Below are positions 61,577-64,000 of a DNA stretch of 64,000 bases, in pieces. The stretch's first letter is position 1. Every line of letters begins with the position of its first letter. Both the position numbers and the translations under genes were made by a program. This DNA is from Amoebidium appalachense (Eukaryota; Protista; Ichthyosporea), in the NCBI GenBank assembly GCA_963693365.1, contig CAVNZM010000009.1:6540171-6604170 (forward strand), in the 5' to 3' direction. The notes under the pieces are model-generated. The model saw nothing but the letters and a program-made list of their open reading frames with translations, was not told the origin of the DNA and did no database searches.

Positions 61577-62515
61577 ATGGTCTCTTCATCTTTCGCAACT
61601 TTCCGCTTCAAGATGAAGTCAAACAGACAGGGCGTGAGTAAACGGGTTGGGACGTTATCCCTTACACTGATCATTCTGGCCCTTTGTTTCCTGCTTGTAT
61701 ACTTTTACGTTCCAAGCACCACAATAGGCGTTTCAGAAAACATACTAGGACGCCCGGAGATGCAACCCATACAGAAAAACTCATCTGACTCCGTGTTACA
61801 AACACATCACCTTGTCGGTACTGATGAGACCACTTTTCGTGGAGAAAAACTAAGTAATCCCCTCCTCTCTACACGTCCGCTTATGAGAGATCCCTACGTT
61901 TCCTTCCACCCGCACGTTCCCCGCCTAGTCTACGAGGAAACCCCTGCTTGGCACTCAAACGCCATTCCTTCGTGGACAACCCTCCATGTCATCGCCTCAC
62001 GACACATTCCAGAAAAAAACTGGCTGACCGTTTTCACACAAGGGTTCAACACAAAGCTGTATAGATTGGGCGGCATTCCTGAACCCCCCCAACTAGGACG
62101 CATGCTGTGCATCATAGGTGAGCATAGCTATAGGCTTGCGAGTTTCGACGGTCCGCTCAACCAAGATGTTGTTTTGTGTGACTTGAGTACTGGCCCTTCT
62201 GAAGGGCCGAAGATGAGTGACACGGTTACCGTGCTTCTGGAAAATAAAACGATGCTGCCCAGTGTTGCACGGTATGGCCCCATTCTACCTTCCAAGCTAA
62301 CACGCCCAGCCCACAGTCCCAAATTAGAGCATAAACTGAACTTGCTGTGCTTCTGATTTTATCTTCTCGTCCCTCTCCCCTGCCTCCCCTCTCTCCCCCC
62401 TCTCCCAGCGTTCTCTACTCCCCCCCCCCCCCCCCCCCCCTCCCCCCCCCCCCTCCGCCGCAGCCTCCTACACACAAAAAATTAAAATGAGCTTGATACA
62501 CATCCAGGCGCACGT

Positions 62516-62609
<94 letters not shown>

Positions 62610-62863
62610 AGACACACGCACAGACATCCACATCTGGTACACTTCTGAAAACACGATTCGCACATTCCAGAACGTCCGGGCACATGCACACACACGATCG
62701 AAGCCCAGGAAGTTCAAGTTGGCTTTTTCGCTCTCAGTTTTCCAGCTCAGTAATGCCTCAGAGTGCTCGTATAAAAAGCATCGTAATTCCATATACTCAC
62801 ACGAGAGAGTATCAATCACTTTACCCGGTACGATAATGCAAGCCCACATATTCCCAACACGAA

Positions 62864-62896
<33 letters not shown>

Positions 62897-63262
62897 CTCT
62901 CCCCTCTTTCACCCCCTTCCCCACCCCCTCCCCACTCACCCACCTACCCACCTCCCCACCCGCCTTCGTGCAGATCCAACCCACATGCACCTCTTGATTT
63001 CCTCCATTGCCGTGTCTCTCTTTGATAGAGTTTCCCCACCCACCCACCCACCCACCCACCCACCCACTCCCCTTCCCTCCACCCCGCTTCTTCAATTTTC
63101 TTTCCCCTGTCCTCTCCTTCCTCGTTTTTCACTCAATCCCTCTTCGCTCTCAACCACACACCCATGCCACCCCAACGGTCACCCCTGCTCAAGCAACAAG
63201 CAGTTGTGTATGCATGTGACCGTAGAGTGGTGTATGTAGGGGGGCAATGGAGAACAGGAGGG

Positions 63263-63294
<32 letters not shown>

Positions 63295-63296
63295 AA

Positions 63297-63338
<42 letters not shown>

Positions 63339-64000
63339 GGAGGGAGAGGGGGAGAGTGTGCGTTGTGGAGAAGGGGATGTGTGTGTGTACGGGAGGGGGG
63401 TGGGGGGGGGGGGGGGGGGTTGATTTTCAAATGCATAAGCTGACAGCCCATCTCCTCAATGCACAGTTTCGTTCCTCAAACCCCAAGAGCACCCGGTGCG
63501 CCGATCTACAACATGTGCATCTTCACGCAGATCAAAGACCAGGCCCGATACGTGCGCGATTGGGTCGATTTTCACAGGAGGATCGGCGCGGACCACTTTT
63601 ACGTCAGCGACAACAACAGCACCGACCAATTAGAAACCATCTTTAGACACGATCCGGACGTGGAGGTGCTCTATTGGCCGTTCAAGAAATCGCAGGTTCA
63701 GGCATATATTTTCGGACGCCTCGCGATCGAATCGCGGTGCAAGTGGGGGATCTTCATGGATCTAGATCAGTATATTTTTATAAACGAGACGTCATTGGGG
63801 GAAAAAACTATAGGCGGCATGGTGAACCGCGTTCTTGAAACAGATACGAAAGTGAATCAGATTTGCCTTCACAGTAAAGTATACGGGTCCTCCGGTCACA
63901 GTCGTATCCCAAATGCGCAAATTCCTGAGGCGTATATCCACACGAATTTGACAGGACATAATAACGAAATTTGGCAGCCCATGCCTAATTGTATTACTCG
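61577..64000 (+). CDS. Glycosyltransferase family 92 (DUF23)-like type II membrane protein, 3'-truncated by the window edge
   Basis: Exon 1 is 61577 (or 61613)-62271 with an N-terminal anchor LSLTLIILALCFLLVYFYV. A phase-2 intron leads to exon 2 from 63467: YNMCIFTQIKDQARYVRDWVDFHRRIGADHFYVSDNNSTD...WPFKKSQVQAY...CKWGIFMDLDQYIF. Confidence 0.8.

Overview
Intron-rich eukaryotic DNA with GT-AG introns full of poly-C/poly-G runs and (CA/GT)n, (GA)n and (GCGT)n microsatellites. Almost all ORFs in the supplied track are repeat artefacts. The receptor tyrosine kinase points to a unicellular holozoan-like organism (inference). Five genes were rebuilt by hand from phase-compatible splice sites. (1) 579/636-5975 (+): a 4-exon gene for one polypeptide joining a JAB/MPN+ (JAMM) metallo-isopeptidase, a Cys-less E2/RWD-like module and a ThiF/E1-like adenylation domain with both Zn CxxC pairs. 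It resembles a prokaryotic ubiquitin-like conjugation/deconjugation operon collapsed into one intron-containing eukaryotic gene, and is the top finding. (2) SWI5 (-), with a long N-terminal disordered arm carrying [FY]xxP motifs. (3) A 13-exon receptor tyrosine kinase (+) with a Pmp-type beta-helix plus TNFR/EGF-like ectodomain and a possible exitron in the kinase N-lobe. (4) TBCK (-), about 26 exons. (5) The 5' part of a GT92/DUF23 glycosyltransferase (+). Other features are a TIR-bounded MITE-like element, a TRIM-like direct-repeat element, duplicated exon ends, and introns with complementary repeats at opposite ends. Two exonic G-runs are each one base short, probably from homopolymer errors. 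All calls come from manual motif recognition; no database searches were run.
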